NCBI GenBank assembly: GCA_046313635.1
Contig: JBKBYA010000003.1
Coordinates: forward strand, 64,001-128,000
DNA length: 64,000 nucleotides
Reading direction: 5' to 3'
DNA from: Pyrinomonadaceae bacterium
Lineage (GTDB): Bacteria; Acidobacteriota; Blastocatellia; Pyrinomonadales; Pyrinomonadaceae
The notes beneath the pieces are model-generated. The model was not told the origin of the DNA. It ran no database searches and was given only the letters and a program-made list of their open reading frames with translations. Below, one piece after another: positions 55,712-64,000 of this stretch. The translations under genes were made by a program, and so were the position numbers. Each line of letters begins with the position of its first letter. Within the stretch, counting starts at the first letter, position 1.

Positions 55712-56794
55712 ATGAACAGACCTTATCCGGCAAATTCGATCAGACGGCTCGCGTGCGTCGCGACCGCGCTCCTGCTTGCCGCGCTGTCGGTAGCGGCCGC
55801 GGGCACGCTCGACGACTACCGCTCGCGTGTAAAAAGGGCCGTTGAACTATCCGAGGGACTACACAATATGCTCGCGGGCGACTCGCGCGGTGCCGACGTC
55901 GATCGTTACGTCGCCGACACGATCAGGTCGATACGCGCGGCCCTGCCCGAGCGCGAGACCGTAGCATTCGACGGCGGCGAAGTCGAGGTCTCAAACCGCT
56001 GGCTGCGGACGAGCCTCGACGACCTGCAGCGCGAATCGTCAAACTCGCGGCGAGCCCGCATCGCACTCGAGATCAACGAGCGTCTCGCGGCCATCGCGAG
56101 CCAGCTCGCCGGCGGCCCGGCCCGTGCCGACCAGCCGTCAAAAGACTCTGACAAGCAAAAGCTCGCCGAGATACTCGCTCGCGACGAGTATCAAAAGCCC
56201 GAGCCCAAGCGCGAGAGTCTGATCGAGCGCTGGATCCGCGAGCTGCTCGAGTGGCTCGCACGTTTATTCCCGCAGCCGCAGATCGGCGAGCAGTCGGCGG
56301 GCGGTTTTGGAGCGATCTCGCAGGTGCTGCAGGTCGTCGTTTACGCGGCGATCATCGGACTGCTCGGCTTTGCGATCTTTAAATTAGCGCCGCGGCTTTT
56401 AAGGCGTCTCGGCGGCGAGGGCGACGGCGAGACCGACGGAGAACGCATAATTCTAGGCGAGCGTGTCGGAGCCGAGCGCTCGGCCCGCGACCTTATGAAC
56501 GAGGCCGACGAGCTGGCCCGCGCCGGCGACGTGCGCGGCGCGATCCGCAAGGGCTACATCGCTTTTCTGTGTGAGCTGCACGACCGCAAGCTCGTCAGCC
56601 TCTCGCGCGAAAAGACCAATCGCGACCTGCTGCGCGACGTCAGGCGGCGGCGTGCTCCGCTCTTTGACAAGATGAAGGCGCTCACGGCACGTTTCGAGCG
56701 GCACTGGTACGGCCTTAGGCCCGCCGGCGAGAGCGAATGGGAGAGCTTTCGCAAGGATTATCACGAAGCGCTCAGGCAGGACTCGGGCTCGTAA
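55712..56794 (+). CDS. DUF4129 domain protein
   Basis: Signal, TM, then ADELARAGDVRGAIR..Y...KTNRD...FERHWYG. Confidence 0.85.
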   Translation: MNRPYPANSIRRLACVATALLLAALSVAAAGTLDDYRSRVKRAVELSEGLHNMLAGDSRGADVDRYVADTIRSIRAALPERETVAFDGGEVEVSNRWLRTSLDDLQRESSNSRRARIALEINERLAAIASQLAGGPARADQPSKDSDKQKLAEILARDEYQKPEPKRESLIERWIRELLEWLARLFPQPQIGEQSAGGFGAISQVLQVVVYAAIIGLLGFAIFKLAPRLLRRLGGEGDGETDGERIILGERVGAERSARDLMNEADELARAGDVRGAIRKGYIAFLCELHDRKLVSLSREKTNRDLLRDVRRRRAPLFDKMKALTARFERHWYGLRPAGESEWESFRKDYHEALRQDSGS

Positions 56795-56833
56795 AAGGGC
56801 TGCCCGAGCGAGTCCCAGATCTGCATCTCACAA

Positions 56834-58303
56834 ATGAAGCAGCGTCTATTCATCCTTTTGACCTTTGTCGTCGTGCTCGTCGTGCTCGTCGTGCTCAACG
56901 CGGCGTCGTACGTGCAAAAGGACCGAACGCCCGACAGCGAGGCGATGCCGAACCGGTCGAGCTTCAACACCGGCGCGACCGGCACGCAGGCGCTTTTTAC
57001 GCTGCTTAAAGAGACCGGACGGCCCGTACGTCGCTGGCAGCGCGGCATCGAGTCGCTTGCCGACGCCGCAGACCGCCCGGCGACGTTCGTAATGATCGGG
57101 CCGCTCAAGCGTGAGGTGACCGAGGCCGAGGCGACGAAGGTGCTCGAGTTCGTCTCCGACGGCGGCACGCTCGTGCTGATCGACCGCGACCCGCCAAAAG
57201 AGCTCGTGACGACGACCTCGAGCTGGAAGGTCTGGCTCTCAGGCAACCCGGCGGTCGAGCTGCTGTCGGTCGATCCGCTCGACATCGTGCAGATGACAAA
57301 AGGCGCGGACGCGGCCCGGTTCGTCCAGCCGACGCGATTCTCGCGCGGCGTCAACGCGGCGCAGCCCTCGCGGTTCTCGTCGTGGGTCGGCTTTGAGCGA
57401 TATGACGAGGAGTACGATCTGGGAACCGGATACAGAGCTCCGGCAGCCTCGTCCTTGCCTGACGATCTTAAGGGCCCGGTCGCGCCGCCGCCCGTGAAGC
57501 GCGAGCTCCTGGCCGCGCAGGACAAGCGTTATGGCGACGACAAAGGTCTTTACGCCGCGCCGACGCCGGCCGACGTGGCCAGCGACCCGCTGCCGGACGC
57601 GTTCGAGCCGACCTTTGACGCGCCGGTCGTGCATTTGACGAGCGGCGAAAAGAACCTGCTCGTTGACGTGCCCTTCGGCTCGGGGCGTATCGTCTATCTC
57701 GCCGACCCTTACATCGTCTCCAATGCAGGCATCGCTCTCGTCGACAACGCACGGCTCGCGACCAACATCCTGACCGCCGCCGGCGGGCCGATCGCCATCG
57801 ACGAGTATCATCACGGCTACGGGGCCGACAACAACCGGTTTCTCGAGTACTTTGCCGGCACGCCGGTGATCGCGATCTTTATGCAGCTTGCTCTGCTGGC
57901 GGCGCTGATCATGTTTTCGCAGAGCCGGCGATTTGCGCGGCCGCTGCCCGACGCATCGCCCGACCGGCTCTCAAAGCTGGAGTACGTCTCGGCGATGGCC
58001 GATATGCAGCGGCGGCTCAAGGCATACGACCTCGCGATGGAGAATATCTTTGTCGACTTCAGACGGCGTGCGGCACGCGCGGTCGGCCTCGACAACTCCA
58101 CCGCCAGCCGAAGACAGCTCGCCGAGGCCGTCGCCGCGCGGATCGACGGCGACGCACGCGAGATCGAGCATTTGATGAACAGCTGCGAGTCGGTCATGCA
58201 CGGCGACCGAGCGTCGGCCGACGAGGTGCTCGGGCTGACCGTGCGGCTCCGCGAGATCGAGACGCGGCTCGGCATCGGCCAGCGGCTGAAATACCGCCTT
58301 TGA
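56834..58303 (+). CDS. DUF4350 domain protein
   Basis: SSFNTGATGTQA, FVSDGGTLV, GSGRIV..ADPYIVSN, DEYHHG, RRFARP, EYVSAMA. Confidence 0.85.
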   Translation: MKQRLFILLTFVVVLVVLVVLNAASYVQKDRTPDSEAMPNRSSFNTGATGTQALFTLLKETGRPVRRWQRGIESLADAADRPATFVMIGPLKREVTEAEATKVLEFVSDGGTLVLIDRDPPKELVTTTSSWKVWLSGNPAVELLSVDPLDIVQMTKGADAARFVQPTRFSRGVNAAQPSRFSSWVGFERYDEEYDLGTGYRAPAASSLPDDLKGPVAPPPVKRELLAAQDKRYGDDKGLYAAPTPADVASDPLPDAFEPTFDAPVVHLTSGEKNLLVDVPFGSGRIVYLADPYIVSNAGIALVDNARLATNILTAAGGPIAIDEYHHGYGADNNRFLEYFAGTPVIAIFMQLALLAALIMFSQSRRFARPLPDASPDRLSKLEYVSAMADMQRRLKAYDLAMENIFVDFRRRAARAVGLDNSTASRRQLAEAVAARIDGDAREIEHLMNSCESVMHGDRASADEVLGLTVRLREIETRLGIGQRLKYRL

Positions 58304-58523
58304 ATCCTCTCGCACGCTGCGCTTAAAGAACGAGATTCACTTTTTTGAAGATATTCCCGAGATCTCGGATGGCCCGCGGTCGCGCGGGGGCGGCTGCCCG
58401 AACTCGCCCGATCGGCGGCGCGAGGCACTAGGTTCTCTGGTTTCAAATTCTTAGAATGAACCGCGGCCCGCCCGCGAGGCCGCCGGCGGCTGCGGGCATA
58501 ACAATTGCCGCTCTTCGTGAGCC

Positions 58524-58798
58524 GACCAATTTCCGTTTCTCTCCAAGCCCGATGGGTTTATTTCGGAAGGGTCGCCGTCCTTGAAATTTGGTCTCTCCCA
58601 GATCTCAGAGACAAATTTGATCATCGATCGAGTGCCCGGCCCGGCGGCAGCGGCCGGCCGCTCCGCGGCGATCTCCCGCTGTGAGACCGCGGGGTATGAG
58701 CTCGACGCGATATCGCAAGTTCTGATCCGATACGTCGGATCACTGACCGGTAGAAACGGCTGCGGTCTTCCGCATTTGCGGGAGGCCTTTTTGTTTTT
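58524..58798 (+). ncRNA. Candidate structured ncRNA / cis-regulatory leader
   Basis: Closing stem, several internal hairpins including a perfect 8-bp stem with a TACG loop, and a terminal terminator; no convincing ORF. Confidence 0.45.
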
Positions 58799-58865
58799 GG
58801 CGCCGGCCGTCGCCGCGGCGGCGGTCAATCGGCTAAACTGAGATCGTTCGCATCTGCCATCCGAC

Positions 58866-59615
58866 GTGGAGATCTATTCGCTTATCATCCTGATCGCGAT
58901 CTTTGTCGCGACGAGCTTTGTCGGCGTCGTCACGGGCAGCAATTCGCTGATCGCGGTCCCGGCGATGTTTCAGCTCGGCATCGATCCAAAGGTGGCGGTC
59001 GCGACGAATATGTTCGGCCTGACCTTTATGTCGGTCGGAGCGACGATCCCCTTTCTGCGAAAGCGCGCGATCGACGTCAGAAAGGTCTCGCCGCTCATCG
59101 TGATCACGCTCGTCGCCTCGGCGCTCGGCGCGATGCTCGTCGGGATGATCACGTCGGCGGGCATCAAGCTGATCGTATCGATCGCGATGATCGCCGTCGC
59201 CGCATTTACGCTCGCACGGCGAAACGCGGGCATCGAGCCCGGCGATCCGTCGGCGTGGAAGCTCGCTGCCGCCTACATCCTCACATTCCTGCTCGGCATC
59301 TACGGCGGACTTTACAGCGGCGGCTACGTGACGGTTTTGACGACGGTGCTCGTCGTATTTTTTGGGATGACGTTTTCGGAGTCGATCGCCTCGACCAAGC
59401 TGATCAACGTCTTTTCTTCACTGGTCGCGACGGTCGTCTTTATGCTGCAGGGGCTCGTCGATTACAAGCTCGGCGCCATCCTCGGCGCAGCGATGTTTGC
59501 CGGAGCGTACGCCGGGGCACATTACGCGACGCGCCTCGACGACGTCTGGCTAAAGCGCATTTTCCTCGCGGCGGTATTTTTGCTGGCGGTCAAAACGCTT
59601 TATGATTTCTTCTAG
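58866..59615 (+). CDS. Sulfite exporter TauE/SafE (TSUP) family
   Basis: About 8 TM helices; AVATN, GIYGG.YSGG, GAYAGA. Confidence 0.88.
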   Translation: MEIYSLIILIAIFVATSFVGVVTGSNSLIAVPAMFQLGIDPKVAVATNMFGLTFMSVGATIPFLRKRAIDVRKVSPLIVITLVASALGAMLVGMITSAGIKLIVSIAMIAVAAFTLARRNAGIEPGDPSAWKLAAAYILTFLLGIYGGLYSGGYVTVLTTVLVVFFGMTFSESIASTKLINVFSSLVATVVFMLQGLVDYKLGAILGAAMFAGAYAGAHYATRLDDVWLKRIFLAAVFLLAVKTLYDFF

Positions 59616-59636
59616 TTCACGACACCCATACCAGCA

Positions 59637-60590
59637 ATGCTCGACCACACGCCCGCAACCGTCGCCCATATCCTCAACGAGCTGCGCAAGACCATCGTCG
59701 GCCAGGACGAGGTCATCGAGCAGATCCTGATCGCCATCCTGGCCGAGGGCCACGCCCTGCTCGAGGGCGTCCCCGGCACGGCCAAGACGCTCACGATCAA
59801 GACGCTCGCCGCCGCCATCGGCGCGCACTTTTCGCGGATACAGTTCACGCCCGACCTGATGCCGTCGGACATCACCGGAACCAACGTTTTTAATATGCAG
59901 ACGTCGCAGTTCACCCTGCGGCACGGCCCGGTCTTTACCGACATACTGCTCGCCGACGAGATCAACCGCACGCCGCCGAAGACGCAGGCCGCGCTGCTCG
60001 AGGCGATGGAGGAGCGGCAGGTCACCATCGACGGCGAACGCTATCAGCTCTCGCCCATTTTTACGGTGCTCGCGACAGAGAATCCGATCGAGTACGAGGG
60101 AACGTACCCGCTGCCCGAGGCGCAGCTCGATCGCTTTTTGCTGAAGATACTTATCGAGTATCCGGAGCAGGAGGCCGAGCTCGAGATCGTGCGGCGCTGG
60201 GACGACGGCTTCAACTCGCGCCACTTGGATGAGGTAAACATCGAGAGTCTCGCCGACCCCGCGGCGATCCAGCACTGCCGCGCCGAGATACGTGCGATGA
60301 GGATGGAGCCGGGCGTGCGGCAGTATGTCGTAGACGTCGTACGCAAGACCCGAAGCCACCCGACGATACTCTACGGTGCCAGCCCGCGCGCGAGCGTCGC
60401 GCTCCTGGTCTGCTCAAAGGCGCTGGCCGCGATCCGCGGCCGCGACTTTCCGACGCCGGACGACGTACGTGACGTGGCGCTCCCGGTGCTCCGTCACCGC
60501 CTCGCGCTCAGGGCCGAGGCCGAGCTCGACGGAGCGACCACCGACGCCGTCATCTCGGACATCCTTCGGACGGTCGAGGTGCCGAGATAG
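59637..60590 (+). CDS. moxR: MoxR-family AAA+ ATPase
   Basis: [50 protein letters not shown]. Confidence 0.95.
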   Translation: MLDHTPATVAHILNELRKTIVGQDEVIEQILIAILAEGHALLEGVPGTAKTLTIKTLAAAIGAHFSRIQFTPDLMPSDITGTNVFNMQTSQFTLRHGPVFTDILLADEINRTPPKTQAALLEAMEERQVTIDGERYQLSPIFTVLATENPIEYEGTYPLPEAQLDRFLLKILIEYPEQEAELEIVRRWDDGFNSRHLDEVNIESLADPAAIQHCRAEIRAMRMEPGVRQYVVDVVRKTRSHPTILYGASPRASVALLVCSKALAAIRGRDFPTPDDVRDVALPVLRHRLALRAEAELDGATTDAVISDILRTVEVPR

Positions 60591-60613
60591 ACGTTTGTCA
60601 GGATCGAATATTG

Positions 60614-60819
60614 GAGGCTGTCCGGAAGGGCAGCCTCTATTAGTTTTTGCGGCAGGTTTGGTGTCCCGGCATAGCCCCGCCGTTCACGGCGAGGCCAGGC
60701 GAGAAAAAAAATCAAAGGGCGTTTTAACGCCCTTCTCGCTCGTCGCCTGATAAGCCCGTTGAAACGGGCTGCCGAATTCTGTTTGGATCGTCACCCCGGC
60801 CTGAAGGGCGTGGCTATGC
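60614..60819. repeat. Cluster of REP-like palindromes between convergent genes
   Basis: GAGGCTGTCCGGAAGGGCAGCCTC; GCATAGCC...GGCTATGC arms (60669 / 60819) around AGCCCGTTGAAACGGGCT (60753-60770). Confidence 0.65.
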
Positions 60820-60867
60820 TAAGACCATCGTCGCCGCCGGCACGAATGCTTCCCGCGAGTCCTCTCG

Positions 60868-62289
60868 TCAGTCGAGATCCTCAGGCTTGTTCGCGGCAGG
60901 CGGCTTTGGCGTCGCGGGCGGTGTGCCGCCCGCTCGCGGTGTCGGCGTGCTCTTTGGTGCGGCGGTGTTCGCCGGCGGTACCGCGGCGTTGGCATTTGCC
61001 GCCGGTGAATTCTTCGGTGACGGCGTCGGTTTTGCGGTATTCGCATTTGCCGGGACCGGAACGAGGATCACGCCGCCCTCGGTCGGCATAAATTGGCTCG
61101 GGTTGTTCGGGTCGATCGTGATGACCTGGCCGCCCGGCGGGACGTAAGTCTGCGGCGGTGCGCCCGCCGGCGGAGTCCCGCCGTTGGCCCACGGATTATA
61201 GCCGTCGCCTCCCGGCATCGTTCCCGGCGGCATCGACATATTCGAATTCATCATCAGCTCGGCCGCGTTCGGCGGCAGGTTCGCAAGGCTCTCTTCCTGC
61301 GTGCCGGTCGCGGGGCTGAGCGGCTGTACGGGCTGGCCGTTCGCGTCCGGCTGCAGCACGGTCGCGGGCTCTGTGCGTCTCGTGTAGGTCGCGTAGATCA
61401 GCACGGCCGAGAGCAGCCCTATGCCGACGATGACGATGAATGCCGTCTTCCAAAGATCACGGCCTAACGCCGCGGCGTTTGCCCGCGCAGCGTCGCCGCC
61501 GATACTTGTCAGCTCGGCTGCGAACTCCTCAGCCGAGGCAAATCTCATCTCCGGATCGATCGCGAGCGCCTTGAGGATCGAGGCCTCGAGACCGACTGGC
61601 AGGTCCTGTCGAAACGACGACAGCGGAGCCGGCGGCGCATCTTGGAGCCGAGCGATCTCGTCCGCGTCCGCGGCGTCGAAGGGCGGACGTCCGGCGAGTA
61701 CTTCATACGCCGTGACACCGAGCGAGTAAACGTCGGACCGCGTATCCGGTTCGCCTCCGCGCAAGAGCTCGGGTGCGGTGTAACGCACCTCTTCGGTCGT
61801 CGAGCTGCCAAAATCAAACACCTTCACCGCGCCGCCGTCCGCATCGTCGACAAGGACCGCCGATGGAGAGATGGCTCCGTGCACGACGCCCTTTGAATGT
61901 GCCGCCGCTACGCCCTCAACGACACCGCGGATGATCGACACGGCACGGTCGGTCGCAAAAGGCTCGCCTTCGCGAGATATCAGCTCGCGCAGCGTCGTCG
62001 CGGGCGGAGGTTCGTAGATCGCATAACGACCTCGGCCATCCGACCCGACGTCGGTCAGCGCGAGCACATTCGGATGCGAGAGCCGTGCTTCGAGACGGGA
62101 TGCGCGCTCAAACTGCAGGAGGGCCTCGTCGTTGTCAGCTGAGGCCGTATCCAAAACCTTGATCGCCACGGGCCGCTCGACCGCGATATTGCGGCCGCGG
62201 TAGAGAGGGCCGAGGCGGGTCTGAGCGATCAGTTCCTCGACGAGATACTTGCCGTCGATCACCGGTCCAAGATTTTCGTTTGCCATCAT
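60868..62289 (-). CDS. Membrane-anchored Ser/Thr kinase-like protein, probable pseudokinase
   Basis: VAIK, HPNV, DFG, YTAPE, SDVYSLG retained; HRD loop replaced by HGAISPSA; TM and Pro-rich tail. Confidence 0.85.
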   Translation of the reverse strand: MMANENLGPVIDGKYLVEELIAQTRLGPLYRGRNIAVERPVAIKVLDTASADNDEALLQFERASRLEARLSHPNVLALTDVGSDGRGRYAIYEPPPATTLRELISREGEPFATDRAVSIIRGVVEGVAAAHSKGVVHGAISPSAVLVDDADGGAVKVFDFGSSTTEEVRYTAPELLRGGEPDTRSDVYSLGVTAYEVLAGRPPFDAADADEIARLQDAPPAPLSSFRQDLPVGLEASILKALAIDPEMRFASAEEFAAELTSIGGDAARANAAALGRDLWKTAFIVIVGIGLLSAVLIYATYTRRTEPATVLQPDANGQPVQPLSPATGTQEESLANLPPNAAELMMNSNMSMPPGTMPGGDGYNPWANGGTPPAGAPPQTYVPPGGQVITIDPNNPSQFMPTEGGVILVPVPANANTAKPTPSPKNSPAANANAAVPPANTAAPKSTPTPRAGGTPPATPKPPAANKPEDLD

Positions 62290-62433
62290 CGATTAGAAAG
62301 CACGCTTTCGCTGCCGGGTTGCAATTCGATTTGCACGTCTTGCCGATAGTATCGACGCACTCTCCCCGCAGACAAAATGCGGACAAAGCTCGATCGAGCC
62401 TTGTCCGCATCAAGCTCCCGGCGAAGCTCTGAA

Positions 62434-62754
62434 TTAGAGCTTAACGAAGACGATGACCAGCGCAAACAGCACCAGAGACTCGATCAGCGCGAGGGCGATG
62501 ATCATAAGCGTCTGGACGGTGCCGGCTGCTCCGGGATTGCGGGCGGCACCCTCGGCGGCACGCGAGCCGACGAGACCCTGACCGATAGCGGCGAGTCCGG
62601 CGGCGAGACCGAAACCGAGTCCGGCCGCGAGGGCCTTGGACGAGCTGACCGTCGACTCGTTGTCGGCCGCGGCGGCACCCGCCTGGGCGAGGGCCGGCAG
62701 CGCCGACACGACGAGCGCGAGCGTTGCGAAAAATGCGTATTTGATCTTGTTCAT
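62434..62754 (-). CDS. atpE: ATP synthase Fo subunit c
   Basis: GxGxxxG helix, ARNP loop, LALIESL; N-terminal signal-like extension. Confidence 0.95.
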   Translation of the reverse strand: MNKIKYAFFATLALVVSALPALAQAGAAAADNESTVSSSKALAAGLGFGLAAGLAAIGQGLVGSRAAEGAARNPGAAGTVQTLMIIALALIESLVLFALVIVFVKL

Positions 62755-62983
62755 TTGCTATCTCCTATTTTGTTTTGATCAGAAGACGGAACCGTTCGCG
62801 TCGCAGCCCGGCTGCCGGGGTATTAGTTCGCCTCACTTCCGGTATGCCTTGATTTCGACTCTCGTTGGAGTCAAGGCTCCTGTCGCGTGCGGGCTTATCT
62901 GCTATGAATGACAGCCGTGAGCGTCGGCGTCCCATTCCGCTCTTCTGTTTTTCCGGCCGGCGATGCGGCCGCGAAACCTTTGA

Positions 62984-63892
62984 TCACACGTGAGCCGTGG
63001 CGATCGCCTCGCCCGTCTTCTCCGAATGAATGCCGCCGTGATCGTGATCGTGCGGCGCGTGTGTGACCTCGCTGATATAGATCGTCGACAGCAGCGTAAA
63101 GACAAGCGTCTGTACAAAGGCGACAAAGACCGCGAGCGGCATCAGCAGCACCGGCAGCAAGAGCTGCGTGTACGGCGGGAACAGATTCGCGATCTGCAGC
63201 GATATCTGCTCGTCGGCAAACATATTGGCAAAGAGTCGTATGCCGAGCGTCATCGGGCGGATCAGGTTGCTGACCGTCTCGATAAAGAAGATCAGCGGCG
63301 TGATAAAGATCGCGATCAGCAGCGGCAGCCGCGGCCCGGCGAGGTGAGCGACGTGATTAATGAGCCCGTTCTCGCTGATGCCGACGTAGTTGTAATAAAC
63401 GAAAGACGCGATGCCGAGGGCGAAGGTAACGTTGACCGACGCGGTCGGCGCCATAAAGAGCGGGAAGAGGCCCATCAGATTCGAGACGAGCACGAGCACC
63501 GCGAATGTCGCGATGACCGGAAAGTACTTGAATCCGTGCTCGCCGATCACGTTCGTGACCATGTCCCTGATAGCGAGAAACCCAGCCTCGACCGTCAGCT
63601 GCCCGCCGCTCGGGTCGTCCTGCGACAGCTTGCCCTTGAGCACGTTGACGACGACGATCGTGAGAATGCACGCGATCACGAACATGATCGTGTACCAAGG
63701 GATGGCGTTCTCGACAGTGTACGGGCCAAAGACCTTTTCGGCCGACGTGCCGAGATGCTTGAAAACCAGATTGTCCCAGAGCGGCTTGGTATAAGCGACC
63801 TGAAACTCGTGGACAGGCTTGCCGAAATAATGGTTGATGAACTCAACGATCAATGGCGTATGGTGACCGCCGCCTTCCGCAAATAAGAACAT
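62984..63892 (-). CDS. atpB: ATP synthase Fo subunit a
   Basis: SNLMGLFP, RPMTLGIRLFANM, VQTLVFTLLS.IY. Confidence 0.96.
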   Translation of the reverse strand: MFLFAEGGGHHTPLIVEFINHYFGKPVHEFQVAYTKPLWDNLVFKHLGTSAEKVFGPYTVENAIPWYTIMFVIACILTIVVVNVLKGKLSQDDPSGGQLTVEAGFLAIRDMVTNVIGEHGFKYFPVIATFAVLVLVSNLMGLFPLFMAPTASVNVTFALGIASFVYYNYVGISENGLINHVAHLAGPRLPLLIAIFITPLIFFIETVSNLIRPMTLGIRLFANMFADEQISLQIANLFPPYTQLLLPVLLMPLAVFVAFVQTLVFTLLSTIYISEVTHAPHDHDHGGIHSEKTGEAIATAHV

Positions 63893-63894
63893 CG

Positions 63895-63999
63895 TTAAAT
63901 TTCCTTCTTAAAAGTGCTTGTAAAAATCCCGATCAAACCGTCGACAACGACCGCGAGCGCAAACGACGCGAGGCCGAGGATCACCGCTTCCATCGGCAG
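63895..63999 (-). CDS. 3' end of probable ATP synthase protein I (partial)
   Basis: Hydrophobic LPMEAVILGLASFALAVVVDGLIGIFTSTFKKEI* ends 2 bp before atpB. Confidence 0.6.
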   Translation of the reverse strand: MPMEAVILGLASFALAVVVDGLIGIFTSTFKKEI

Positions 64000-64000
64000 T

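Overview
High-GC bacterial chromosome segment. Gene content and order (two large carboxypeptidase-regulatory/TonB-dependent receptors, atpI-atpB-atpE split from the F1 genes, futalosine-pathway mqnE) suggest Acidobacteria, probably Blastocatellia-like; this is inference. The backbone is housekeeping: dnaK-dnaJ-hspR, smc, fused 2-oxoglutarate dehydrogenase, nusB, ribH, mqnE/ubiA, a nucleotide-sugar dehydrogenase, bcp, sppA, an NtrC-type regulator, a DUF4129/DUF4350/MoxR cluster and the Fo genes. Main observations: (1) an exported rhodanese lipoprotein whose domain is complete only if an in-frame TGA in the active-site loop (C-S-U) is read through, so a likely unannotated selenoprotein; (2) a recurring integrase-free island architecture in which cargo sits behind a housekeeping gene and is closed by a headless, diverged copy of that gene's 3' end (mqnE tail x3, sugar-dehydrogenase tail x2, and again nested inside an island); (3) an AT-richer island with two tandem modules of a Cys-paired secreted protein plus an HExxH metallopeptidase; (4) a four-helix-bundle gene inserted in the dnaK operon between inverted 17-bp tandem arrays; (5) a highly structured ~280-nt candidate ncRNA/leader upstream of a TauE exporter; (6) NusB and SMC with large insertions, a pseudokinase, a decayed REP-flanked RAYT and a frameshifted HicA.
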